Source: Antedon mediterranea
Taxonomy: Eukaryota > Animalia > Echinodermata
Length of the DNA: 64,000 bases
Assembly: GCF_964355755.1 (NCBI RefSeq)
Contig: NC_092678.1
Coordinates: 23,701,365 to 23,765,364 of the forward strand
Direction of reading: 5' to 3'
Positions 11,401 to 24,800 of this stretch are shown here, piece after piece. Position numbers and translations under genes: made by a program. The notes below the pieces were generated by a model, which was not told the DNA's origin, made no database searches, and worked only from the letters and a program-made list of their open reading frames with translations. Position 1 is the stretch's first letter. Each line of letters begins with the position of its first letter.

Positions 11401-14400
11401 AAAAAACTATGGAAATCCCTACTCTACTTTTATGCCACTAAAGTGTCAAGTAGGCACTAAGTCTGTGGGGTGGGCCTTGAATAGATACACCGGAAAACAC
11501 CTACTCACTTCACATTGCAAAGTATTAAGCTTAATAATTATGGTCTTAACACAAATTGTTAACAGGCGTTTCATTGCAAAGTACTAGGAATTGTTCATGG
11601 TTGTCCAATACTCTTACTTATCAGATTACTGGTTTAAGAACGGCACAATTTCTGTACTGTATGTAGAAGAGTTACTTGAAATAAAGTAGTGTCTTTGGTA
11701 AAGATCAGTGCGTTGTTGTTATTGTATAGGTTGATGACATATAACAAGGATACAAAACTAAGCACAGGCTTATAAGTCATTTAGTGTTAATAACTTTACA
11801 TGGCAGTTTAAGACCACCTTCATTTAAATTAAGTTTTAATGGCTTATTTCATAACAAGTCAATTCAATTTTAATAGTTTTCAGATCTGAAACATCCCATA
11901 TGTTTTGTAAAGCTGTCTGCAGGGGCTAGCCAAGTTCCTTAATGTCAGTATAAATTTCTGAAGATTTAGACAGCTTTTAAAAGTTCAAATAAAAATTTTC
12001 AAACCATTAATGTATTACATACATACATACATTAGAAGCATGGGAAAATAAATTGGACAAAAAAAGTGGTATGGTACTCACTCAACACATTTAATATCAA
12101 AATATTGTTTTAAATGTTAATCATCATAAAAAAAAGATAACAAATAGGAAACAGATGCCCTAGAATTAAACGGAGGCTATGTCAATGAAAACGGGTTGTA
12201 AACGGCCAGGTTTTTGTCTTCCTTCTTTTTTCACTAGTTTTTTTTTCTTTATTGAGGCAAAATTATTTGTAAAGTACAATTAATATAGTTTAAATAATTT
12301 GTTTTACTAGTTTGTATATAAAGTTTTTTTTTTAAATAAATTTAAATTTAACAATTTTATTCATGATGTATGTGTAAAATTATAAACAAAATTTATAATA
12401 TTTTCACAATATCTATAATCTTAATGATAGTAATAGTTACTAGTTCGTATATAAAGTTTTTTTTAAATAAAATTTGAATTTATTACCATTTTTTTCATGA
12501 ATGAGTATAACAAACGTTCGTTACTATTTATAATATAAATTTATAATATTTTCTAAATATTTCTCTAATGTTAATGACCTGATATATTTGTCATCCACAT
12601 CTGTAACTTATTTCCATCTTCCTGGTCATGGTCACAAAGTGGAAGCAACAGGAAAATTGTTCCCAATCCAAGGTCATACTCAATATCTTATCAATTCTAA
12701 TTGTCTGTATTATTTCCCTGAGTACTTTACCTAATGATATTGGTCATCAATATATTAATTAGATTATCATTTTGATATCTATTTGATATGATGCAGATTA
12801 AAAAGTATCAATAGGCTGGTTTTAATTAGGGAGAGAGTTATCCTAATTCTAGATACCCTAACAAGCTGTTCCTTTTTTTGATGTCTTTTTCATTTTATCC
12901 TTTATTAATATTATGTTTTATTATATAATGTAAACTTGTATTTAAATTATTTCATTTCAAATAATTTGATAGTTTATCTAATGGGAAGCAAGCATGCTTT
13001 TGATTCTATCTATTTGATATGATGCAGATTAAAATGTATCAATGGGCTGGTTTTAATTAGGGAGAGAGTTGTCCTAATTCTAGATACCCTAACTAGCTGT
13101 TCCTTTTTTGTATGTCTTTTTCATTTTATCCTTTATTATGCTTTATTATATTTTATTATATATAATGTAAACTTGTATTGTTGTTAAAGTATTCAATTTC
13201 AAATAATTTGATAGTTTATTTGATGGGAAGCCAGCGTTTGAGTGTAGAGCTACACAATGCATGTCATTTTGATTTTTGGTATCTACCCTGCTGCCTATGC
13301 AGTTCTTTGATTTATATATACAGTACATGTGTTTGTACATAGGCTAAAGTTAAGTTATGTGTTTTTTTTTATAACTCTAGGCTGGGTGGCAGTGCGTGAC
13401 TGGAAAGACGTTTTATCTGGTGGTGAAAAACAACGAATGGGAATGGCTAGGCTATTTTATCAAAAGTAATTGTTTTTCTTTTTATTGAACATTATTCCTT
13501 TTTATTGAATTTTATTCATAAAGTAAATGGGAATAAATTAGAAGCCTACTACTGTAGATTCAGAACATTTTATATAAAAGTTGATTAAGACAAACTTAGT
13601 CTTTATGGTGGGCTAATAGTACTGTAGCCTACTAGATTCAGAACATTTTATATAAAAGTTGATTAAGACAAACTTAGTATTTATGGCGGGCTAATAGTAT
13701 TGTAACACTTTGATTGATATTCTGACCTACTTATTTCTGTTTACTTTTTACCATACTTTCCTTTACTTGTGTACATTAATGTATTAATGTCCTTTATTTT
13801 CTAGGCCGAAGGTAGCATTGCTTGATGAGTGTACAAGTGCTGTTAGCATTGACGTTGAGGGTAAAATATTTCAGGCCGCAAAGGACATTGGTATCATTAT
13901 GCTTACCATCACTCACAGGCCATCACTCTGGTAGGTAGAATGTTTTAAGTACTTGTACATGTTCAACCTTTTCATTGTATTGCTTTTGTTTTATGTTATA
14001 CTACAGTAGGTACTGTGAGAGAACATCAGTTTACTACTGAATAGACTCACTAGTATAAAGAATAAAATTAAGTTATTTTTATAAGTAAGTTATATCTTTC
14101 TTGTTTTAATAAAACATACCGGAAAATTGCAAGTGAAAAATTTTCTGTATGTATACTGTAAAGGAAGAAGCATTTGTCGCCTCCCTGTACAAACTAAAAT
14201 ATCTGTAGGGCCTGTCTATCCAGTAATTATATTGTTCAACAAATAAGTCAAAAATTGCTTGACAAATGTGTTTATTTGTAGACAGTGAATGATGGTAATA
14301 TATCTATCAAATCTCGCTTCTAAAATAAACTAGACCTATCTTTAGAATTGACCAACAAAATACGACAATTCATTATATATTATTAAGTTGCCAACTTAAT

Positions 14401-15099
14401 ATTTGCTAAACGGTGTTAAAAATACTATATTGTCATGAACTTGTCAGTGACTAAGTTTACATTGATATATGCTTGTTTAAAATTGTACATAAATCTATTC
14501 TCTTGGGAAAAAGTCTTGTCGAATCATCACTTTTCTTGATCTGTGAGATGCATTCTAAATATGGAAGCTAGTATGTTATTTAATATTTTAAATGTGTGAT
14601 ATGGATCCATAGGGATAGATTATTATGGATTGGTAGATTGAATGATCGATGAGCATGAAAACAAGATTAAGATAATTTCGGTTAAGTTTTAGGACTTGAG
14701 ACATATTTTACAAAAACAATTTTTCAGAAATTCAATGTTACGTATGCACAAAATACAATTATGCATGTTCAATTTAAAGCCCTAACTATTGTTCTACATA
14801 GGACTGTTTTGTCATCCTTGGCAATAGTTTTACTGTTGTTATTCTTTTATTCATCTAGGAAATTTCACACCCACTTGCTGCAATTTGATGGGGAGGGAGG
14901 ATGGAGGGTAGAACAGCTGGATACTGCTACAAGACTAGGCCTGAACGAAGAGAAGCAAAAATTAGAAGTGCAACTAGCTGGTATACCACGGATGCAGCAA
15001 CGCTTAAATGAGTTGTGTAGGATCTTAGGTGAAGATTCAGTACTAAAGACTAAAGAGGTGAACGACCTGCAACCATATTCAGAGTTAGAAAAAGCTTAA
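5408..15099 (+). CDS. ABCD2: Peroxisomal ABC half-transporter, ABCD1/ABCD2 (ALDP/ALDR) type, 764 aa, 10 exons
   Basis: Exons 5408-6394, 7984-8164, 8291-8412, 8600-8762, 9853-9950, 10530-10675, 10999-11144, 13381-13465, 13805-13930, 14859-15099 total 2295 nt in frame. Motifs: [10 protein letters not shown] (EAA-like), Walker [10 protein letters not shown], signature LSGGEKQR, Walker B ALLDE, H-loop ITHRPSLW. Probably the single invertebrate co-orthologue of ABCD1 and ABCD2. Confidence 0.95.
6516..6565 (-). ncRNA. Minimal type I hammerhead ribozyme motif of Penelope-like element type, within a short PLE-like remnant (~6465-6680)
   Basis: The minus strand reads ctc-CTGAGGA-cgatcaa(agtata)ttgatc-GAAA-cGTC-gag. 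This gives the CUGANGA and GAAA cores, stem II, a palindromic ACGT stem III, a GUC cleavage triplet and a short stem I. Confidence 0.7.
7023..7570. mobile_element. Non-autonomous Kolobok-like DNA transposon (TTAA target)
   Basis: TIRs AGATGTATTGTCCCTT and AAGGGACAATACATCT, flanked by TTAA on both sides. AG...CT termini with TTAA fit Kolobok rather than piggyBac. Confidence 0.75.
9447..9821. repeat. Local ~160-bp direct duplication in ABCD intron 4
   Basis: CCCAATTTCTTTTACACTATGCAAAATAT...TTACTAAATGTCAT occurs at ~9447-9612 and ~9668-9822. Confidence 0.75.
11198..11358 (-). mobile_element. MITE family A copy
   Basis: Family TIRs at both ends and a conserved interior. Confidence 0.82.
12778..13232. 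repeat. Tandem ~230-bp duplication in ABCD intron 7
   Basis: TCTATTTGATATGATGCAGATTAAAA...TGGGAAGC is present twice (from ~12778 and from ~13009). Confidence 0.8.
13545..13703. repeat. Two ~78-bp tandem copies in ABCD intron 8
   Basis: TAGATTCAGAACATTTTATATAAAAGTTGATTAAGACAAACTTAGT occurs twice. Confidence 0.8.
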
Positions 15100-16434
15100 A
15101 CAAGAATTTGGTTGAGGTTTAGAATGTGTCATACTTAGTTATTGCCATCCAATTGTATGTTACTGTATAATGAACAAGAATATTTCCTAAAAAATTAAAC
15201 AATAAAATGTACATATTTTTAGGAATGTGTCAAATTGCTTGGGTCAACCAATATCACCAGCTATAAGAGTACCACAAGTACAGTCACTGCCAAAATGTTT
15301 AATATTGCGCCCCTATGGTAAAAAAGTAATTGTTTTTAGCTATCATACCTTTCAACAAAATATCGGTAGTTGAAGTGTAAATATTGATACTAGCCATGGT
15401 ACATAACTTCACAGGTTGTTTGCCCCAGAGGGAAATTCCTGGGTTTCCAGGCATTGTGTAGTGACCATTGAATGGTGTAGTAATCAGGGCTAGAGGGTCA
15501 ACTTGTTATGTAGGTCAGAAGCCTACAAGATTCTATATGTATCGGACACCCTAAGGGTAGTTGAATAAATATTATTGCCAAAATGATGGATTTACTAGTT
15601 GTACAGTACTTTTTATTCAACATTTATTCTGCTAATTTAAAAAAAAATGTTGAAATTTCATCTATATTATTATGAATTTGAACTGTAAATATTGTAATAT
15701 TAAAGTATGAAAGCGCATAGAAAATTTAGTCTTTATTGTTGTATCGTAAACAAAAAAAACTAAATTCTTAACAAAGGTGTCATTAATATAAAAGTTAATG
15801 ATAAAGACATTGATTACTCATCATTTTTAAAACTGTAAATGTTAAATTTTATCAGGCCAAGGTGATCTAAAGAAAACATGTCAGATGCAATCAAAATAGT
15901 TAGTTTTTAAAAGTTGGACTTACGCCATGGATGTCTGTTGTAACATTCGGTGACCTTGACTTCATTTTCAAATCCACAGTTAGTCCTTTCCTGAAAAATA
16001 ACAACAGGACACACCCATGTTGGTGGTATTCAATCAAAAGTAATAATGTTTCATTTGTGTATCAATTTGCAATGGCGGGTCCACGATTTTTAAATAGGGG
16101 TATCAAGGGCTAAAGTGGTGCAATTAAGTTATTATGATGATGATAACTTAATATGATGCCCTTAATCTGATTTCTTATTTTTTCTGGCTGGTCCACTGTT
16201 CCATCTACCTATGATTTGTTGGATTATTATTGCATAAATATTGGGTCACTATTCTAGAGACACCATATTTTTTTTGGCCATATTTAATGAGGGTGATCCA
16301 TCCAGCAATTGCTGATCGTTAGGTACCCTTAGAGGTTTACAAGATAAACATATACACAAGATGCTCTATAAAGTATGAACAAAGTCTTATTACAAGTCTT
16401 TGGGAGTGGAGTTGTAATTTTGTTCTTAGATCCT

Positions 16435-16510
16435 GACATGTGACAGGACTTGAACCCAGGACCCTTGAAGTGGTAGCCAAGCATCATAACCACCAAGCCA
16501 CAACTGTGTG
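16435..16510 (-). mobile_element. Degenerate tRNA-derived SINE head
   Basis: Minus strand carries an A-box-like TGGCTTGGTGG and a B-box-like GGTTCAAGTCC at tRNA spacing; no intact acceptor stem. Confidence 0.5.
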
Positions 16511-18835
16511 TCCACATTACTAAGAATTGCTTTGTCATCAGGAATGGTGGAATTATAATGTTAGAATAATATTTGGAACTGTCAAAAACTTTCTTATTTA
16601 TTTCAGATCAAAATTTTATTTGTAAAAATTAATGTGTTTTAAAAATTATATTTGCAATATTTTTTTTCCAGTGATGTTATGATCATTTTAATCTATGCAA
16701 TCATGGAAGAGTGTAGTTTCAATCTTTGGAAGATTATAATTTCACTCTTTCCTGATTAATTATAGTTTATTATATGCCAACTCATTTTAATCAAAATTAA
16801 TTTTAGTTAATTATTAATTTTTATGTGTCGATTACATTCAATTATTTTATAGTAGTAGTTAGTGGAATAATATTATTGATATTTTATACCATATACATTG
16901 CAATTTACATTGCAATTTACAAATTGTCTAAGCCTCTGTTCACACTACAGAAATATATAATTGCTACATGTTGTTTGCAGTAATTAGTAAAGTTATTTTG
17001 TTGAGTTAAAATTTAAATAAACTAGGCCTAATTAATAACTATAATACATCATGTGGGATAAGCTTGTTTAATATGTGTGCAATACAAATTACTTTAATAC
17101 ATGATGTGGTGAGAATGTCAGATTCAAATCAGAGTTATACCTCTCTCTGTTCTGATGTTCTTTTTAATGTCTTTCTCAATGATACAGTAACAACAATTAA
17201 TGAATATAATTATTAACAATGCAAATCTCTTGTGTAAAGTATATATAATTTGGCTATACAATTTTCTGACTGCATGTAATTTGGTTGAATAAAATATATG
17301 CAGTAATTATTAATTTGTTGCATTAGCTTGTGTTGTCTGAAAAGACATTATTTTATATAGGCCTAGGCCTATACTAAAAAGCAATAATAATTACTTAATT
17401 GCATTTCTCAGAAGTCTTATTATTTTTTTTCTAACATTTCCACTGTTCTGATATTATTAATTATGTGAGTTTTCGTTGATTTGAAACGATAAAGTTTGTT
17501 TTAGATCTAGGCCTGAGTCTGTGCCTTGTTCCTTGCTCACTCGCGCCTCTAAAACGTACTCGCGCGTGTAAGTATTCTTCTGATGGACTAAGTCCAGGCT
17601 AAGGCCTAGGCCTAGGTTCATACATAAATAGACGAGAAATTGAATAGATTATATTATATCAACATTTACGTATGCATGACGCTATAGAAGTATATCAAAT
17701 ATTTCTCATTGTAAGTTAGACAAGTAATAATTAGTAAATTGATAATAAAAAGGCATACTTACTAAGTTAAAACTTTTTAAACAAATTTCTTCCACTTCTT
17801 TTTGAATAGTAGCGCGTACACCTCGTGTACCGTCTGATTTTCATGTGGGGGCGGGCTACTGCCGCGCGGTGCATGATGGATTGACGGTTGTTTCTGATTG
17901 GTCAATAGTTCAAACATTATGAATATGATTACGCATATTACAATAACTTAAAAATGCAAACACATTAAATACTTTTCCGTGCGCGTATAAATGTTGTTGA
18001 AAGTAGGGCTACGGTTCATTGGTGATAACTTTGATGATAATAATGTTACGCTGCTATGTTACAATTACCATATTGATGGAAATAATCTAGGGCCTAGCTA
18101 AACTAGTTCATAATAATCATAATCGTCAATGGTATTCAGCAAGAGTTTGACTTCTCTACGCCAACAATCTGTTTTTCATCAACTTATATACTGTATATAT
18201 CAACACCACGGAAGCATAGTAGCAGGCGCCTGTCTTATTAAACGTTTTTGAGTCATTGGTGATATAATATTCAGTACAGGACTGGCTAAAGCAATAAGAT
18301 GGGTGAAAATAAGATGTATGGTTAAAAAATTAAAGTTTGAGTCATTTGAAATATCCAACAAACAGGATGTAAAGACTTGGGTGAGAGAAAATAAGACAAA
18401 AAATAAATATATCAATATTAATATTATGTGAAAAGCAATCGTTGTTATATTCATTATTCCCATACAATTAATTTACAAAACTCAATGGTATACTGGCCGT
18501 TACCTACAGTACCTGAACCGTACACGGGCAGGAGCCATTTAAGAAGTAAAAATTAAACTACAGAAATCATCTTGGCCTTACATACTGGCCGATACCTATC
18601 TATTGTTAGCACACGCAGTAAGAAAAAGTCATTGAATTATCGGTAGGAAGAAGTCAACTAGAGATACGTTCATTGAAAATATTCTATGGGAAAATAAAAT
18701 GAATGATATGCGTCTGTGTTTTATGTTCATAATTGTCCGTCTGTCCGTCAACACATCTGAGTAGAAATAGTACAATTAGGTTTCAAACGGAAACAACAAT
18801 ATAAGGAGAAAGTACGATAACTTGACAGCACAATG

Positions 18836-19580
18836 TATCACGATTATTTTTATCTCGCGTGTATCGTTCAACGTTTTAGTATTTGGTGGTCTATTTTAAA
18901 TTTATACAATTACATTGTAATTAGGTGTATGTTCTATGTACTCTAGGCTATATAATTCTTTAAACAAAACTGTGTAGGCCTAGGCATACGTAGGGCGTAT
19001 CCAAGTACCTGAGTGTCATATTTGTTGGCAGACTATAAAATTTGCACAGCGTGTGGCGCAGTGTGTTGGACGTTGGACTACCGATCGTCAGACCTAGGTT
19101 CGAATCCAACTCTCGCCGCATTGCTTGTATCCGTACCGTAGGCAAGATACTTTACTTACGTTGCCTCTCTCCACCCAGGTGTATAAATGGGTACCCAGTT
19201 AGATCTAGACACAACTTTGCGCTGGTTACCGGCTGCATTATGGGAGTATGTTTCCATACGTGTTTGATCCCAAAAAAATACTGGGGTAATAATCCTTGTA
19301 AAGCGCCTTTGAGCATGATTACTCATGAAAAGGGCGCTATATAAATGTGGTATTATTATATCACGATTGTTTTTATCTCGCGCATCGTTCCACGTTTTAG
19401 TGTTTGATGGTTTCTTTTAAAATTAATATAATTACATTATATAATTAGGTGTATGTTAACTAGCCTCCCCCACCCCCACCCATAGGCTATATTATTCTTT
19501 AAACAAAACTGTGTAGGCCTATGTACAGAGGGTGTATCCAAGTACCTGTCACATTTCTTGCCGACTGTAAAATCTGCACA
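18836..19580. repeat. ~210-220 bp diverged direct repeats exactly flanking the SINE
   Basis: 18836-19048 and 19359-19580 both run from TATCACGATT to TGCACA. Confidence 0.85.
19049..19358 (+). mobile_element. Full-length tRNA-derived SINE with a CORE-like central domain and an L2/MIR-like tail
   Basis: A box TGGCGCAGTG, B box GGTTCGAATCC, central GGCAAGATACTTTAC...CCTCTCTCCACCCAGGTGTATAAATGGGTACC, tail TGTAAAGCGC...GCGCTATATAAAT...(TAT)n. Confidence 0.85.
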
Positions 19581-20337
19581 CGGTGAATATTGCATATCAA
19601 ATTGGATATGTTTGGAAAAACCTCGTATATTTTCACTTCAAAATGTCACACATACAATAAAATTGTAAGAATAATGTTAATGTTTATGGTACTATTACGA
19701 ATTCAACCACCATTATAAAATGCAATGTTTATTCAGTTTAGGAATTCTGTATTAAAATAATCATCATTACGAACAACGTGTGAAGCATTTGAAAATGGAT
19801 ACTAGAATTCGCCTCTGGTGTCTTTTCACAAGTAATCTCTCTAAACACTTACATCAACAAACATGGGACTTTACTTCCGAAGACATTTAACCTTATGGCA
19901 TCGCTTAAGAAGCCTGTCAATCAATCAATACTCGTGTAATAATTAATACATTAGTAACTTCATTAGGATCTATTGTATTATTCTACCTTACAATATCTTG
20001 AAGAGTTCAGAATTCGTTGCTACCTCTAACTGTCTGCTAATATGGAATAATTAGCATATTAGTAACTTTATTAAGACATGTGAAAGTATACCATACCTTC
20101 TCAAATCATGACATTTCCCAGTTAGTCTTAAACTGTGCTACTGTGCAGATTATTATTGAGAAAGTAAAAAAAAAATGCAACGCAACTTTAAAATTCACAA
20201 ACGGCAGTTTGGGCAAAAAAAAAAAAGAATTTTAACAGTACCACACAAAAACTACTTCTACCAGAAACGGTGGTACTAAAAATACGGTATTACATATACG
20301 TATTTTTAAACAGTATTTTTAGGATATGCAGCAGAAA

Positions 20338-20465
20338 CAGGGGCGTAACAGCTATGAGCGCTCACTGGCTAAACCCAGGGGCCCCGGGGCTTATGGCCCG
20401 GAGAAAAAACAGATGACGAAAAGGGCTAAAAAGGCTCGTACTCAGGTCTTTGCGTTACGCCACTA
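20338..20465. mobile_element. Short hAT-like MITE remnant
   Basis: Imperfect TIRs CAGGGGCGTAAC and GTTACGCCACTA around a GC-rich GGGGCCCC interior; no clear TSD. Confidence 0.5.
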
Positions 20466-21898
20466 CGATGCACATCATTATTAACACTATCATCATCGTC
20501 TTCTAATTCGTTGTCAATACCTGTAGTAAAATGTTCATGACGGCTCTCTGACAAAGATGACCAGACAGAATTATGATGCGTTAACGTATTTAATTTCAAC
20601 GCTGCATTCTTGTCATAGTATTATATCTTTCAACAAACTTTACAATATATATTTCAAATATTTAACAGTCAATTTTGACTTCAGTGGCGCTGGTACACGT
20701 TAGCGAAATGCTCTCAATATAACACATTGTGTTTTAAATGGTACCACATATTAAATGTGTTATATATGGGTAATAACAAAGATGAGTTGTGGAACAATTT
20801 CGACGCCGCATACCGCTACCGTCAAAATCTACCTTCACTACCACTTATACATACCGTACTGTACCGGTACTCCTGAGATGGTCATATTTTAACTACCAAC
20901 AGACATATACATATAGATATATTATTAAATTCACTTAATTAATCATGATAAATCATCGTATCTGATTACAAATCTATTAACAATATTCACAATCATTCTC
21001 TACAATATTATACATTTCATTAATTTATACGGATTGAGATTATATGAAGATTTATTGTAGGTTCATCACCAATATCCAGAATAATTAGCATAACTACAGG
21101 TCATCTACTAATTCGCAAGTGACGTCAAGATATACATAACAGTTACGCGCGCGTTCAATCGTTGATGACTCTGTACTTTGAATTACTGATTATGAATCCT
21201 CAATTCATATGTACATTACGGAGATATTGATTAATAATTAAATAGTGACGTTTGAACTACATTGCAGAATGTACTCACTATCTCAATATCTTAATCGAGT
21301 TTACACCTTTTTTTAAATTAAATATTTTATCATAAGTTGTATCTTAATTTCATACCAGTTTGCCGCTTGACCTAAGAGAACATTATTGTTATTATTACAT
21401 ATGTTGTAATTTGGCAACGCTGTATGTGGTTGCAACTGCAGCTGAAGATAATCAGTGAGTCCATGATGTCACACGATTACGTCAATACTACAGCAGACAG
21501 TTAATGGCGTAACAGCTGACGTAATAGTACGGGCAAGACTCACATTTACGCAGGTCAGGATCTTACACGGTTAGATAATTAGACATATAGCTTCTTCCTT
21601 CACTATTACAAAAATTCATACTAGGGTTAAGGTAGCTTAATTGTGCATTGCATTTGGGATGAGACCTTAAGTCGGTGGTCCTGGTCAGTGTTCCATGTGT
21701 TCTAACTATTAGTTAATGTACTATCTTAAATTTTCGATTCGAATCCCATACTACAATCATCACAATATCTTTACTAAATAAATAAACCATTTCTTGGATA
21801 AATTAGATTTCAATATTGGATCATCAGATGGTGTATGTGTATCTTTTTTTTACAGCAAACCATATTATATATTGGAAAAACAGTTTTTAGCCCCCAAC

Positions 21899-24800
21899 CT
21901 ACAGGCCGTACGGTTGGACTCGTCCAAACATCCTTTCGCACGATTTGAATGCGCGGGGTCGTTTCCACACGCAGCCTTCCATTTCTCTGTAGACACAAGT
22001 TCCAAAATAGTACGCGCACGTGTTACGAGATGGCGTCCATTCACACTGCGTGCTAAACTCAGTCTGGTTGAATGTTTTCAGCAACCTTAATTTTGATTTC
22101 TTGTTTTTGTTCTTCTTGCTTTTTTTGTTCTTTTTCTTCTGTTTTGATTTCTGATTATATTCTTTCTTTTCTTCATATTCGTTAACCTGAAAAAACATGT
22201 AAATGAAACTTGTGATTTTTAACTATTGCTCTGTCTACACTATCAAACTAATGTGACAAAATAAGTGTGACTTGCCCAATATGGTAGAGATATGCCCAAA
22301 TATGGTAGTGATATGACATCATCATGTCCATATATGGGCACATCACATTTTTTGTCACATAGATTTTGATAGTGTAGACAGAGCTTTAAGTTGTTGATAT
22401 CTGTGCATATGTTATTTTCAAGTTATATTCACAGGTGGTATGTACTTAATCTAATATTGTGAGACCACCCTAAAATCAATTACAGTATTAAAAATTTCAG
22501 AGCGGTAACCATTACCTGTGATCAACCAAAAGTCATGCACGCAATACTTTTTATAATTGATGAACTTGAGAAAATGTGTGTGTACTTTTCTACCGCTGTG
22601 GAAGTGTACTTACTTTGCAATTACAATTACTCGAATAAATTCCTTTTAATCCTCTAAATTGTTGTCGGGTTATCTCAGGATATTTGACGACCCAATGTTC
22701 ATTGAGAACGTTTAATCGTCCTTCGAACATCTTGGTACGAATTACATTTGCATACTTGGAATCTGGAACACTGTCACTGTCGATGTGACCTTTAAAATTA
22801 AATTTAAAGAATAAATAAATAGTTATTATAACCATAACTTGATATGTATAAAATATTTTTACGCTCATTTTAAAAAGTACTGTACATGAGAACTGAATAT
22901 TCGTTTATGAAACTTCAACATGAAGCAATAAAAAGAATAAAATCTTCAGCAAACATTATATTATTTTGAATAAAGTCATCATAATATCATAATTTATTTT
23001 TACGAACGTTGATGAAACTTTTTGGAAGGTTTTTTCAAACATTTAAATTATTTCAAGTATTTAAAAGAAAAAGATCATCACCAACAATTATATTAAATTA
23101 TTTTGATTCAAGTTTATCAGAGTTTTCATAAATTGTTGGCTTTTTACAAACGTCGCTGATAAAACTTTTGGAAATAATAATCCGAAAAAAATGATTGGTA
23201 AAGTTTCTAGGTCTAGATCTCCAAATTCATTCCTACAAAAATAAAAATTCTCACCTGATAAAATATAAATACTGTTTACGTCCAAGTTATAGTCAGTAGA
23301 GAATATTTCCACCAGCTTAGAGGTTGTAAGTAATTCCTCACCTTTGTAGATATATATGATACGCGCCAAATGCACAGACGAACCTTCTTTTCCATACTTT
23401 CCAAATTTGGAAAAAACTCGTTCCAAAAGTTTACTTTCCCTGGCAACCTTGTCGTCGTCGTTAGCGCCTTCTTCTGTTGCCGCCATTACAGAACTCAACA
23501 TGGCGTCTTCCTCAAAAGTTTCCTGTTCGGTATTTTCATCAAAACCAAACTCTTTAAAATTATCGAGAAACTTTCTGATGTATTTTTTGCTCAGAGGACA
23601 TGATTTTGCGCGGGAATCTAAAAATGAGTTTCCCGCTTCGTCTAACTTGGACCACATGTCGTCTGATGTTGTGGGTGTGTCCTTTTCTATGCAGTGCCTC
23701 AGAATGTAGTCATACAATGATGTTGTCTTTAGTATTTTAGCTCGTATTACTGTAAAAAAAAATAAATGAATGTCATCAATTTCAAAAATAGATAATAAAA
23801 CAGTTTTGTATTTCTTGTTGTCTTATAGGCCTAAACAAATTCTATAGGCGAGGGAAAAAAACAAATTGAAATGTCAGCAAACACCAAATAAAATAACGTA
23901 AATAATACTTTATTGGAGACGGTGTGTTTATATGTTTTTCATTTATGGTACGCATTAAACACGTTACTCGCCCAAAGCTTACAATACAATTCTGCTTAAA
24001 GTTAAAATAAAAATATATATCTGTAGAGTCGAGACAACAATATTGCACCTTTGGGCACTATGAACGCGTGAACGAAAGTTGAAACTGTGATTTGGGAATA
24101 GAACTGGGGATATGAGGTGTGATACGTTGGCAAGGTGCGCAGGCGATGACAAACACGTCCACACTATTCACACTTAACCTCAAGTCGATTAATAACACAA
24201 CATTGTATATAATACATTTATGATTCAGAATTATGCTCTGTCTACACTATCAAATTGTATGTGACTACAAATATGATGTGATCATAACTGGACATGATGA
24301 TGTCATATCACGACCATATATTTAAGCATATCACTACCATATTTGGGCACATCACACTTTTTTTGTCAAACTAGTTTGATAATGTAGACAGAGCTCTAGA
24401 ATAATTGTTGTGTGAATTTGAGGTCGATATTTCGACACCTCGTGACAACTATCTGAGAATATAAGCAAATCCCAGTATGCAACAAAGCTATTAAAATTGA
24501 AAATGTATCATACTTTGCTTAGGCCCTAATATAATAAGGTTTATCGCAAATAGCTTCTACAATGCATGATGGAAAGGGTTAGTTTTAATTTAATTTGGTT
24601 ATACATTATATAACTATAATGCTAACTTGTATTTTGCTTAATTAAATTTGTTTGTTTGACTTGTTGATGTGCGATGTATTCCTTTTTGTATTGGTATATA
24701 CAACAAGTAAATATATTCGTTTAATATTTCCGATAGAAATTTAAAGTTGTTAAATGTATTGCTTCAACACGTTATGAAAAGAAATAACACCTCGCATTTA

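Noticed and set aside
19049-19120. Functional tRNA gene (also tRNA-like bits at ~29665, ~31705, ~38695)
   Set aside because: A and B boxes are present but there is no proper cloverleaf or acceptor stem; the first continues into a SINE body and the others are decayed heads.
23088-23254. Hydrophobic C-terminal extension of the 209-aa ORF (possible membrane-anchored TIMP)
   Set aside because: Lies past a canonical donor at 23254 that joins in phase to the next TIMP exon; most likely intronic read-through.
23356-23709. Plus-strand ORF beginning MIRAKC (TIMP-like VIRAK look-alike)
   Set aside because: Antisense to exon 2 of TIMP-like A; coincidental, with no other TIMP features or splice context.
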